Of a DNA stretch of 64,000 nucleotides, positions 45,529 to 53,923 are shown piece after piece; position 1 is the first letter of the stretch, and the number at the start of each line of letters is the position of its first letter. The stretch is from a virus, in the UHGV virus genome UHGV-0253196. One strand, 5' to 3'. The notes below the pieces were generated by a model. It worked only from the letters and a program-made list of their open reading frames with translations, searched no databases and had not been told where the DNA came from. The position numbers and the translations under genes were made by a program.

Positions 45529-46425
45529 ATGGCTTTAAAAGACTACTATTCGGCAATGAATAAGACAGACAGTTTTGTCATTAAACCGCTGGACATTTAC
45601 CTTATGTCCTTGAATAAAGAAGACAATGACAGGGCTATTGATGTTAATGCACCTTCACAGATTGGGACGTGTATGCGCGCTAGATACTATGCGCGTACCA
45701 AGACCGAGAAAGACGGGTGTGCAGTGAGCGCAAGAGCAAGACGAATATTTGATAACGGGAGCGGTATGCATGAAAGAATACAGCACTACCTCACAGAACA
45801 AGGTATGCTGGTGTTAGACGAGATACCCGTTGTTAATGACAAGTACAACATACAGGGACACACAGACGGTCTTCTTGACTGTGTAGACGCGCACCGTGTG
45901 TTAGAGTTAAAGTCCATGAATGACCGGGAATTTAATAATCTTAAGAAACCAAAAGACGAACACGTTATGCAGGGTCTTGTGTACGTGTTCTGTATTGAAA
46001 CCCGGAGGAAATATTTACACCAGAGATACAAGACCTATGAGCAGTTTTTAATCTGTAAAGCGGCACGTATGAGAAGTTACGCTAAATACTATCAGCATTT
46101 GAAAGGAGGTAGAAAACACACCCGTGAAGAAAAGATTAGGTTCCAGTGTGAGTTACACAATAAGATGGACAGAATCTTAATGAAAGTGAACAAGCCTATC
46201 ACTGATGTGGTGTTTCTTTATGAGAACAAGAACAACCAGGACTTGAAAGAGTTCCTTGTAAGCACCAAAGAGGCCCAATCAAAGGTCATTCTCAAAAACA
46301 TACTTGATGATTGTGTTTATCTCAATGAGTGTGTGCGGCGTAAGAAAGTACCACAGAGAGAATTTGAAAGCAGGTCAAGTCAAGGGTGTAAGTATTGTAA
46401 CTACAAGACAGAGTGTTGGCTATAA
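45529..46425 (+). CDS. Cas4-like / RecB-family PD-(D/E)xK exonuclease with 4-Cys cluster
   Basis: AAAGGAG RBS. One N-terminal Cys (QIGTCMRARYY) plus C-terminal CKYCNYKTEC. D/E/K nuclease core (LELKSMNDRE...QGLVY). Confidence 0.6.
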   Translation: MALKDYYSAMNKTDSFVIKPLDIYLMSLNKEDNDRAIDVNAPSQIGTCMRARYYARTKTEKDGCAVSARARRIFDNGSGMHERIQHYLTEQGMLVLDEIPVVNDKYNIQGHTDGLLDCVDAHRVLELKSMNDREFNNLKKPKDEHVMQGLVYVFCIETRRKYLHQRYKTYEQFLICKAARMRSYAKYYQHLKGGRKHTREEKIRFQCELHNKMDRILMKVNKPITDVVFLYENKNNQDLKEFLVSTKEAQSKVILKNILDDCVYLNECVRRKKVPQREFESRSSQGCKYCNYKTECWL

Positions 46426-46442
46426 GAAAGGAGAATTAAGTT

Positions 46443-46718
46443 ATGACAAGAGAATTAAAGGCGGCAATAGAAGACCTCAAAGAAGGTATTAATTTAATGT
46501 CAGAAGCCATTATCACTATAGTTACAGAGGTAGCAAAAGTGATTGACGAGGAAGACATAGATATTGACAGTGAAGAAGACCTTGAAGGATTTGTAGAAAG
46601 ATTTTTAGAGACACCAGAAGAAGACCTTCCAGAGTTAGAGGAAATCACGGACGAAAACCCTGTAAACTCACGCGAAACACTGATAATTGAAGACGAGGAT
46701 ATAAGAGCATGGGACTAA
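46443..46718 (+). CDS. hypothetical highly acidic protein
   Basis: AAAGGAG RBS. 91 aa with Asp/Glu-rich runs. Confidence 0.45.
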   Translation: MTRELKAAIEDLKEGINLMSEAIITIVTEVAKVIDEEDIDIDSEEDLEGFVERFLETPEEDLPELEEITDENPVNSRETLIIEDEDIRAWD

Positions 46719-47266
46719 AGCCGAAACAGAAACAGCCACCTAACACCCCTACCAAAAAAGTTAATCCCCACCAGCTACACAAAAACTACATGGCAAACAT
46801 GGAAGAACAGCTTAACAAAGAAGACATAGTGTTGTTTGACGAGGAACTACTAAACGTAGACCAGGACTTTTTAAGTCTTCCATCACGTATCACAGAAGTA
46901 CACCCAAAAGAACTAGGTGAATACTTAAGTGCATTTACACAGTACAAAATGTACGTGAGGACTATACTGTCCCGCACTGAATTGTGTATCGAGGAAAAGA
47001 AAAGGGTATATACAGACGTGAGTAATCCTTACTACCGGGAATACACACAGTCCAGGTTATCAGAACGCGCAAAAGACCAGCTTGTGCAGAGTGAGCCGGA
47101 GGTGCAAGAAAGCTACTATGAATTGGTAGACTACATCAATAAGTCTAACACCCTAAAGAGTGTGTTAGAAAACATAGAGGACGCTATCTTTTTAATAAGT
47201 CGTGAAATATCCCGCAGAACAGGTGATATGAAGGACGAGAATAGACAGCACAATGTAGGTAGATAG
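46709..47266 (+). CDS. hypothetical protein
   Basis: ATG overlaps the upstream gene. 185 aa. Confidence 0.45.
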   Translation: MGLKPKQKQPPNTPTKKVNPHQLHKNYMANMEEQLNKEDIVLFDEELLNVDQDFLSLPSRITEVHPKELGEYLSAFTQYKMYVRTILSRTELCIEEKKRVYTDVSNPYYREYTQSRLSERAKDQLVQSEPEVQESYYELVDYINKSNTLKSVLENIEDAIFLISREISRRTGDMKDENRQHNVGR

Positions 47267-47306
47267 TCAGTGTTTTAGTGCGTCTGAAATATGACGCACT
47301 TTTCAT

Positions 47307-47335
47307 TTGCTTAAATACATATAATGCGGTATAAT
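47307..47335 (+). promoter_or_regulatory. promoter TTGCTT-17-TATAAT
   Basis: Read in the sequence upstream of the GAAAGGAG RBS. Confidence 0.4.
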
Positions 47336-47371
47336 GATAACCACAATAAAGTGCAGAAAGGAGTTAAGAAA

Positions 47372-47848
47372 TTGCCAAAGTTAAAGATTAACAGTAAGGG
47401 TGCAGAGAACAAAGAAAAAGTGCACAGAGAAGCCCAGAGAAGGGGAAAGAGAAACAAAGTCAAAGGTGGTGAGTATGAACGCAAAGTTGCTGAAATACTC
47501 AAAGGTATGTTAGGTGTTGAGTTTGTGAGAACACCGCAGAGCGGAGGGTTTGCAAAGAAATCGGACGCAAACACCAAAGACTTTAGAGGTGACATTATAC
47601 CGCTTGACGCAGACGTTGAGACGGTCTTGCATATAGAGTGCAAGAACTATAAGAACTGGGCCATGCCAAAGTGGGTAGCACAGGCTGAGAGTGATTGTCC
47701 CAAAGGTAAGATTCCTTGTATTATCTTCCACAAGTACGGAACCTCACGGGACTATATCGTGTTAGACCTCAAACACTTCTTAAAACTTATCCATATCCCG
47801 GAGGTTATCATAAAGACCGTGACAAAGAAAAGGGGTGCTAGTAAATGA
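47372..47848 (+). CDS. PD-(D/E)xK nuclease, Hjc/RecU-like, copy 2
   Basis: GEYERKVAEILKGMLGVEFVRTPQSGG...GDIIPLDADVETVLHIECK follows the same pattern as the 44624 protein. TTG start after AAAGGAG. The start is uncertain. Confidence 0.4.
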   Translation: MPKLKINSKGAENKEKVHREAQRRGKRNKVKGGEYERKVAEILKGMLGVEFVRTPQSGGFAKKSDANTKDFRGDIIPLDADVETVLHIECKNYKNWAMPKWVAQAESDCPKGKIPCIIFHKYGTSRDYIVLDLKHFLKLIHIPEVIIKTVTKKRGASK

Positions 47849-48219
47849 TGGTGTTGTTAAATGTAAGCTGGGCTATTGTAGCGTGTGTGATTGCGCGATA
47901 CCTTTACAAACACCCAATTTTAAGAATACATGGTCGTTCAATGTACCCCACATACAAAGATGGTGATGTTGTGCTGGGCTTAAGATACAACTACAAACAC
48001 TGTGACATAAGACAAGGTTCTGTAGTTGTAGTGAATAGTCCGAATGGTGTTAAAGCCATAAAGAGAGCCACAGCGTTTAAGTACAAAGAAGGTATTATGT
48101 ATGTGTGGGTTGAGGGTGATAACCCCAGTGAAAGTTATGACAGCAGAAACTACGGGTGGTTGACTACAAAAGACATTGTAGCGATTGACCCTAAACCAAG
48201 AGTAAAGGAGAAAGTATAA
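47845..48219 (+). CDS. type I signal peptidase (S26 family, minimal 124 aa form)
   Basis: N-terminal transmembrane segment. Box B GRSMYPTYKDGD (Ser), box D AIKRATA (Lys), box E GDNPSESYDSRNYG. ATGA overlap with the upstream gene. Confidence 0.55.
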   Translation: MMVLLNVSWAIVACVIARYLYKHPILRIHGRSMYPTYKDGDVVLGLRYNYKHCDIRQGSVVVVNSPNGVKAIKRATAFKYKEGIMYVWVEGDNPSESYDSRNYGWLTTKDIVAIDPKPRVKEKV

Positions 48220-48221
48220 CC

Positions 48222-48521
48222 ATGGGTAAGACAGAAAACACCAACACCGAAGGAGTTACCATTGTCCATGTTTCCTCAGACACCAACGTGCAGAAGTTGG
48301 CAGGTAGTCTTTTAACTGCCATTGAAAATAGCACCGCTGTAGAGGTGAGAGCGATTGGTGCCGGGGCAGTGAACCAGATGTATAAAGCTATCGCAAGTGC
48401 GAGAGGTTATGTTGCGCGTAAAGGACGTGACCTGTATATAAGACCCGGCTTTGATGAAGTCATTGAAGAAGGTTCTGAAAAGACAAAGACCGTCATGGTC
48501 GCAAGACTTATTGTGATGTAA
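48222..48521 (+). CDS. spoVS: SpoVS-like protein (stage V sporulation protein S homologue)
   Basis: AAAGGAG RBS. AIGAGAVNQMYKAIASARGYVARKGRDLYIRPGF...G.E.T aligns with the B. subtilis SpoVS core (AIGAGALNQAVKAVAIARGFVAPSGVDLICIPAF). Confidence 0.75.
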   Translation: MGKTENTNTEGVTIVHVSSDTNVQKLAGSLLTAIENSTAVEVRAIGAGAVNQMYKAIASARGYVARKGRDLYIRPGFDEVIEEGSEKTKTVMVARLIVM

Positions 48522-48541
48522 GACCGAAAGGAGAAGTCATA

Positions 48542-48751
48542 ATGAGCAAGATATTGGGGTATTTCACAGAAGACGAGATTTATTACCACGGAAAGAAACA
48601 ACCACCTAGAAAGACCAAAATAATAGCCATAGGGTGTAACCCAATGTTTAGTATTGAAGACTACGCCGAAGATGAAGATATACAGGTGTTAAGTGAAGAC
48701 GAAAATTGGTACACCATAAAGAAGAAAGACATAATATTAGGGGAGTGTTAA
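48542..48751 (+). CDS. hypothetical protein
   Basis: AAAGGAGAAG RBS. 69 aa. Confidence 0.45.
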   Translation: MSKILGYFTEDEIYYHGKKQPPRKTKIIAIGCNPMFSIEDYAEDEDIQVLSEDENWYTIKKKDIILGEC

Positions 48752-48752
48752 T

Positions 48753-49139
48753 ATGAAAACGAGTATTACAAAAATGTTCACCTTTGAAGCGGCACACAGA
48801 TTACCTAACTATGTAGGTGCGTGCGCTAATCTTCACGGTCATTCTTATAAACTTGCCGTGACTGTCACCACAGATAAGCCTTTAAATAAAGACCGCAACG
48901 CAACGGGTATGATAATGGATTTTAAAGTCCTCAAAGACATTGTGAACCGAAAGGTTGTCGGCCCGTTAGACCATTCACTGTTAAATGACTTTTACTACAA
49001 CCCCACCGCCGAGATTATGGTAGAAGACTTTGCCGCGAATATACAGGCAGGACTTGATGATTTTGATGAAAGTGTGTACGTTTCAAACATTAAGTTGTGG
49101 GAGACCGAAGACAGCTATGCAGAGTGGTCGAGAGACTAG
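48753..49139 (+). CDS. queD: 6-carboxy-5,6,7,8-tetrahydropterin synthase QueD
   Basis: FEAAHRLPNY...CANLHGHSYKL (T-fold fingerprint with CxxxHGH). 128 aa. Confidence 0.7.
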   Translation: MKTSITKMFTFEAAHRLPNYVGACANLHGHSYKLAVTVTTDKPLNKDRNATGMIMDFKVLKDIVNRKVVGPLDHSLLNDFYYNPTAEIMVEDFAANIQAGLDDFDESVYVSNIKLWETEDSYAEWSRD

Positions 49140-49156
49140 AGAAAGAGGTGTTGTAT

Positions 49157-49798
49157 ATGATGTTCTATCATGAGATATTTTTATCTATACAGGGTGAATC
49201 CAGTGACGCAGGACGCCCTTGTATATTTGTAAGAATGTACGGCTGTCCGATTGGGTGTTCATATTGCGACCAGCCCCAGGAAAAGAGTGACAGAAAGCGT
49301 ATTGGTGTTGACACCATGTTATCAAAGATATACGCATTGAAGTGTAAGAACGTGTGCTTCACAGGTGGAGAACCTATGATTTACGCGCAGGAACTTATAC
49401 CCGTGTTTATCGAACTTACCGACCGGGGCTACACCGTGTCCGTAGAGACCAGCGGGTGTGTAGAGTTAGAGTCTTACCCCGTGAGAAGGTCATTTAAGTA
49501 CGTGATGGATATTAAATGCCCCAGTAGTGAGGTGTCAGAGAAGAACATTTACAGAAACCTTGCGTACTTACAGCCACATGACGAGGTGAAGTTTGTCGTG
49601 GCAGACGAGAAGGACTACCAATTTGCCCGTAACGTGTTAAAGCGTTATAATACCAGTGCGCAAATTTTATTTAGTCCCATGTTTGACACAGACGGCAAAG
49701 CAGTGATAGGACAAGAACTTGTGAACTGGATTTTGAGAGACAAGCTGTTTAATGCCCGGGTTCAGATTCAGTTACACAAAATTCTGTCAGTGAGGTAA
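49157..49798 (+). CDS. queE: 7-carboxy-7-deazaguanine synthase QueE (radical SAM)
   Basis: AAGAGGTG RBS. LSIQGESSDAGRPCIFVRMYGCPIGCSYCD is the QueE N-terminal cluster motif. Confidence 0.7.
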   Translation: MMFYHEIFLSIQGESSDAGRPCIFVRMYGCPIGCSYCDQPQEKSDRKRIGVDTMLSKIYALKCKNVCFTGGEPMIYAQELIPVFIELTDRGYTVSVETSGCVELESYPVRRSFKYVMDIKCPSSEVSEKNIYRNLAYLQPHDEVKFVVADEKDYQFARNVLKRYNTSAQILFSPMFDTDGKAVIGQELVNWILRDKLFNARVQIQLHKILSVR

Positions 49799-49802
49799 AC
49801 AC

Positions 49803-50525
49803 ATGATTGGAAAACGTAACCCAGAAAAAGACCAAGACTATTACAATGGTCTGATTGAGAGTATATGGTATAATCTAGTAGAGGTTAAATCAGAACTTAC
49901 AGGTATTAAAGAGGAAGTAAACAAAGACCATCCATTTAAAGAAGACCCAGGACACCTTAGTGCTGAAAGATTACCCGTAAAGAAAAATACTATTAGGGAG
50001 CACTTAAAGGAGGGTTATCTTCCTAAAAGACCCGTTAAGGTGTTCAGTAACCGGGACGAAGCATATGATTGTTTATACTACTGGTTAGAGAAGTTATATC
50101 TTACCGATTGGGCCATAAAACTTAAATTCGTGCGGATAAATGAAGAACCACTTAATGACGAACAGTCTGGCGACGTACGCAGAGTATTTGAGCAGAAAGC
50201 GGCGATAATCACCCTTCCATTGCCAGACGATAACTTTCTTGACGCTTGCAAAAGCAGTGTTGCGAGAGTGGGCCACGAACAGTCTTTGGTGCATGAGTTA
50301 TTGCACTTAAAGGAAGACCCTGTACAGTTTGTAGAAGATGGTGATTATACCGCCGGGTTCTATAACATACACAAACACAATGAAGTTGAAATGATGGCAA
50401 GAACACTGTTAATGGTGAAGTACAACTTATCGCCGTCTTACTTCAATAACGTAGACAGAAAGGAGAACGACAATGGCTTGTGGCACAAAGAAACCGAAGA
50501 CACCGAAGAAACCCAAAAAGAATAA
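49803..50525 (+). CDS. hypothetical protein with HExxH motif (VHELLHL)
   Basis: GAGGT RBS. 240 aa embedded in the deazaguanine cluster. Function unknown. Confidence 0.4.
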   Translation: MIGKRNPEKDQDYYNGLIESIWYNLVEVKSELTGIKEEVNKDHPFKEDPGHLSAERLPVKKNTIREHLKEGYLPKRPVKVFSNRDEAYDCLYYWLEKLYLTDWAIKLKFVRINEEPLNDEQSGDVRRVFEQKAAIITLPLPDDNFLDACKSSVARVGHEQSLVHELLHLKEDPVQFVEDGDYTAGFYNIHKHNEVEMMARTLLMVKYNLSPSYFNNVDRKENDNGLWHKETEDTEETQKE

Positions 50526-50541
50526 GAAGTAGGACAACCGA

Positions 50542-50571
50542 AGACCTGTGCTAATAAAGACAGGTCTTTTC
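50542..50571 (+). terminator. rho-independent terminator / attenuator inside the Que cluster
   Basis: AGACCTGT-gctaataaag-ACAGGTCT followed by TTTT. Confidence 0.5.
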
Positions 50572-50591
50572 GTATGAAAGGAATACATGAC

Positions 50592-50900
50592 ATGGGACAG
50601 ATATCAAAATTAGCTGAAAATGCGTATGAAACCGCAGTTGCGCACGGTTGGTATGACACACCAGTTTCGTTTGGTGAGGAAGTTGTGTTGTGTCACAGTG
50701 AGTTATCCGAAGCACTACAGGAGTTTAGAGTAGGAGGGTTTGGAACACGTAAAGACAAGATAACTGAGGAACTAGCAGACACAGTTATAAGGATTTTTAC
50801 TCTAAGTTCAAGACACCAGCTTGACATTGAAGCGGCAATATTAAAGAAGATGGAAAAGAACAAAGACAGACCATACAGACATGGAGGAAAGTTACTATGA
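50592..50900 (+). CDS. MazG-like nucleoside triphosphate pyrophosphohydrolase
   Basis: Small all-alpha protein with an EExxE-like motif LCHSELSEALQE...ELADTVIRIF. Confidence 0.5.
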   Translation: MGQISKLAENAYETAVAHGWYDTPVSFGEEVVLCHSELSEALQEFRVGGFGTRKDKITEELADTVIRIFTLSSRHQLDIEAAILKKMEKNKDRPYRHGGKLL

Positions 50901-52612
50901 GTAAACCAGTTGTAGTATTAAATAGTGGAGGTTTTGACAGCACCGTATTGTTACATTATGTAAAAGAGGTTGAAGAAGACAGTCTTGTATACTCACTGTT
51001 TTTTGAATACGGTCAGCGTTCCATGGAACAAGAAAGACGCTGTGCGCGTAAAAACTCTGTAGACCTTGACGCGCAGTATATAGGTGTCAGTCTTCCAAAG
51101 ATATACTGGACTGGCAGTGACTTCTATAATGAGGGAGGGTTTAAGGTAGACAAGCAGTATCTTGAAATGAGAAATTTAATTTTTCTGTCATATGCTCTTT
51201 CCTTTGCAGAGAGTGTAGGTGCAGAAAAGGTTTATCTTGCAGTGCTGAAATCACACCACGGGTATCCAGACACATCACCTAGATTTATTAGTGCTATGAA
51301 TGAGGTATCGAATATAATAGGTGTTAGTATTGAAGCACCATTTATAGAGAGTGACAAATACAACCTTGTTGGTCTTGCTTACAAGTACGGCATTACTGAA
51401 AACGACTTTCACAGTTGTGATAAACCTACTACAGACGGGAAACCGTGTGGCGTGTGTGATGATTGTGAGGTAGTAAAAGAAATCATGTCCCAGTTAGAGT
51501 TAAAACACCCACGGGACGTAAAGTTTAGTCCAAGAGGAACACATGAACAGTATGAGACCGTCTATAAAGAGTACCCGGTGAGTGAGTTAAGATTCACCAT
51601 AAATAACAGGTGCCAGTTTAGTTGCGCTCATTGTTACTACGGATATGAGACTTCACACCGGGAAGACCTATCAGAGAAGGAACTTACTGAATTTGCTATC
51701 AGACTTCACAAGCAGTTTGGGTTTAAGAGTATTCACTATTGCGGCAAAGAACCTATGATTGATAGCGCGATATTTGATTCCATAAGGACACTTAGGAAGG
51801 TGTTACCCGTTGACATTGAATACAGTGTTGTAACAAACGGCTTAACTGTGACTGAATACTATGAGCAGTTAGTGAATGAAAGGTTGTTAGACAAGGTGTT
51901 CCTGTCCGTTGATGATATTGAGACAGTGACGGATAAAGAACAGAAGTTACGAAACACCAGTAGGCATATATTAAATGCTATAGACTTCCTGGTTACGAAT
52001 AAAGTTCCGTTACAAGTGTTTATTGACCTTCACAAAGGTAACTACAACTACATCAATGAAATGTTGTATCAGTTAGTGAAGTTAGGTGTTAGAGAGTTTT
52101 TCGTCCGGGCAATAATGCCAATAGGTAACGCCGAAGACCTTGAACCTCTGTCCATAGCAGAGATAGCGGAAGTGTACAGTAAACTTAAGAGGTTGACAAA
52201 CTATTACCACACCACCGTTAAAGACTTTAAAGTACTTCTTACTTTAGGTAAAGACGTTATAGTCCGTATGCAGGAGCGTGACATTGACGATATGACAAAA
52301 GACGAGGAAGACTTAATAGAAATGGTTGCAAAGTCTTTAGAGTATAACACAGACGTTGTTGTGCCGGGAATGAGTATATACCCGGAGGAAGTTTGCACAC
52401 AGTTTCTTGATACTCTTACCCTTACATCAGACGGGTATGTGTTAGGCTGTACTTCCGCTGTAAGCTGTAGTGAGTACTGGAAACACAGCGCGTTTGATAT
52501 AAATACACCAGACGAGGACTTCAAGAATCGTTTGATTGAAGCAAGAAGTAAGGTGTTAGAGTATGACGGTGAAAATTGTCCATTTTCTTGTCCCAAAAGT
52601 ATTGACATTTAA
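50897..52612 (+). CDS. queC: QueC (7-cyano-7-deazaguanine synthase) fused to a C-terminal radical SAM / SPASM-like domain
   Basis: N-terminal PP-loop VVVLNSGGFDSTVLL and zinc site CGVCDDCEVV (QueC). Then FTINNRCQFSCAHCYY (CxxxCxxC), CGKEPM, VVTNG, and a C-terminal Cys-rich tail (CTQ...C...C...CPFSC). 571 aa versus about 220 aa for stand-alone QueC. Confidence 0.7.
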   Translation: MSKPVVVLNSGGFDSTVLLHYVKEVEEDSLVYSLFFEYGQRSMEQERRCARKNSVDLDAQYIGVSLPKIYWTGSDFYNEGGFKVDKQYLEMRNLIFLSYALSFAESVGAEKVYLAVLKSHHGYPDTSPRFISAMNEVSNIIGVSIEAPFIESDKYNLVGLAYKYGITENDFHSCDKPTTDGKPCGVCDDCEVVKEIMSQLELKHPRDVKFSPRGTHEQYETVYKEYPVSELRFTINNRCQFSCAHCYYGYETSHREDLSEKELTEFAIRLHKQFGFKSIHYCGKEPMIDSAIFDSIRTLRKVLPVDIEYSVVTNGLTVTEYYEQLVNERLLDKVFLSVDDIETVTDKEQKLRNTSRHILNAIDFLVTNKVPLQVFIDLHKGNYNYINEMLYQLVKLGVREFFVRAIMPIGNAEDLEPLSIAEIAEVYSKLKRLTNYYHTTVKDFKVLLTLGKDVIVRMQERDIDDMTKDEEDLIEMVAKSLEYNTDVVVPGMSIYPEEVCTQFLDTLTLTSDGYVLGCTSAVSCSEYWKHSAFDINTPDEDFKNRLIEARSKVLEYDGENCPFSCPKSIDI

Positions 52613-52718
52613 TACTCATGGTGTATAATTGTATTCAGAGATTTAGGAATGGCGTAGGTCTTCCGTATTTACCTACAGCCTAGTCCCTTGCTCACAATAC
52701 GATAAGGAGGTAAACACC

Positions 52719-52895
52719 ATGATGAATGTTTACGCAGAATCCCCCAAAGGTGGCGGGCGTGCCGCTGGTGGTAATGCACAGCAGACTGCACCCGCACCGA
52801 CCAGAGGTGGAGTAAGAGCCACACTGGGTAGAGCGGCTACAGGTGCAAGAAACGCGCTGAACAGGATTATTCGTCCCAGAGGACGTAACCGTTAA
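52719..52895 (+). CDS. small Arg/Gly/Ala-rich peptide (58 aa)
   Basis: AAGGAGG RBS 8 nt upstream. Highly basic and disordered (GGGRAAGG...RGGVRATLGRAATGARNALNRIIRPRGRNR). Confidence 0.35.
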   Translation: MMNVYAESPKGGGRAAGGNAQQTAPAPTRGGVRATLGRAATGARNALNRIIRPRGRNR

Positions 52896-52997
52896 TCAGT
52901 CCCGCACCAAGAAAGAGAGAAGTCCTAATAAACTGGGACTTCTTTTCTTTTACCCGGATTTATGTTATACTGTCTTAAAAAGAAAGGAGACAACACA

Positions 52998-53252
52998 ATG
53001 TATATTGAATCACCAAGAGACAAAGAAGGAGTTAGAGACTGGGAAGCAGAAGAAGACGCACAGGCTTTATTAAAAGCCCGCCAAATTAACTCAGACCCCG
53101 TGAGAAAAGCGAAAGCACAGGCGGTTATAAGGAGTACCCAGGCCACGTTACAAGGTGCGTTGACTGGGACACCTCCTGTAAACACACCGAGTTCAAGAAA
53201 TAACCCCGCCACTATCGGACAGTTAAACATTCCCGGCAGAAACAAAAGATAA
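52998..53252 (+). CDS. hypothetical protein
   Basis: AAAGGAG RBS. 84 aa. Confidence 0.4.
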   Translation: MYIESPRDKEGVRDWEAEEDAQALLKARQINSDPVRKAKAQAVIRSTQATLQGALTGTPPVNTPSSRNNPATIGQLNIPGRNKR

Positions 53253-53307
53253 CACCAGAACACCACAAACACATTATATACTTACAGAAGACAGAAAGGA
53301 ATCGCGC

Positions 53308-53859
53308 ATGAACGATAAATACAATTTGAGTTCAAAAGAGCAGGAGATAGCCAGCCATATAAAAGGTATAATGAGTTTGCTAGGTATTGAGGAAACACCA
53401 TCAAACATAGACACCCCAAAGCGGATAGCGAAAATGTATAGCCGCGAAGTGTTTAGCAGTGAAGGTAAAGACCTAGCCGAACTTGACGCACAAATGACTA
53501 CTTTCATTAACACGGATTTAAGTTCAATGCCCGTGACAATGACCGGGATTAAGTTTAGTTCCATGTGTGCACACCACTGGCTACCATTTTTCGGTGAAGT
53601 AGAGATAAGCTACACACCGTTTACCAAAGTGATTGGGTTGTCAAAACTGCCGCGAGTTGTGAAGTGGTTCAGTAAAAAGCCACAGACCCAGGAAGAAATG
53701 ACGAAAGAGATAGGGAACTACTTAGCAGTGTTCCTTAATCCCCGTAAACTGTCCGTGAAGGTAACAGCATTGCATACTTGCGTAGCGTGTAGGGGAATTG
53801 AGAGCGTAGGGACAGAGACCATAACTGAATACAGATATAACAGAGGGGAAGACGCTTAA
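53308..53859 (+). CDS. folE: GTP cyclohydrolase I FolE
   Basis: AAAGGAA RBS. SMCAHHWLPFFGEVEISY matches the FolE active-site motif CEHHLVPF. Confidence 0.75.
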   Translation: MNDKYNLSSKEQEIASHIKGIMSLLGIEETPSNIDTPKRIAKMYSREVFSSEGKDLAELDAQMTTFINTDLSSMPVTMTGIKFSSMCAHHWLPFFGEVEISYTPFTKVIGLSKLPRVVKWFSKKPQTQEEMTKEIGNYLAVFLNPRKLSVKVTALHTCVACRGIESVGTETITEYRYNRGEDA

Positions 53860-53875
53860 CGGCGTCTTTTCTTTT
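53849..53875 (+). terminator. rho-independent terminator
   Basis: AAGACGC-ttaacg-GCGTCTT followed by TTCTTTTG. Confidence 0.5.
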
Positions 53876-53923
53876 GCGCGCAATATGATATAATAAGTAC
53901 ATAACTTATGAAAGAGGTGAACC

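Noticed and set aside
49803-50525. Calling the HExxH protein a zinc metalloprotease
   Set aside because: A single HELLH motif without the third ligand context or family resemblance could arise by chance. Kept as hypothetical.
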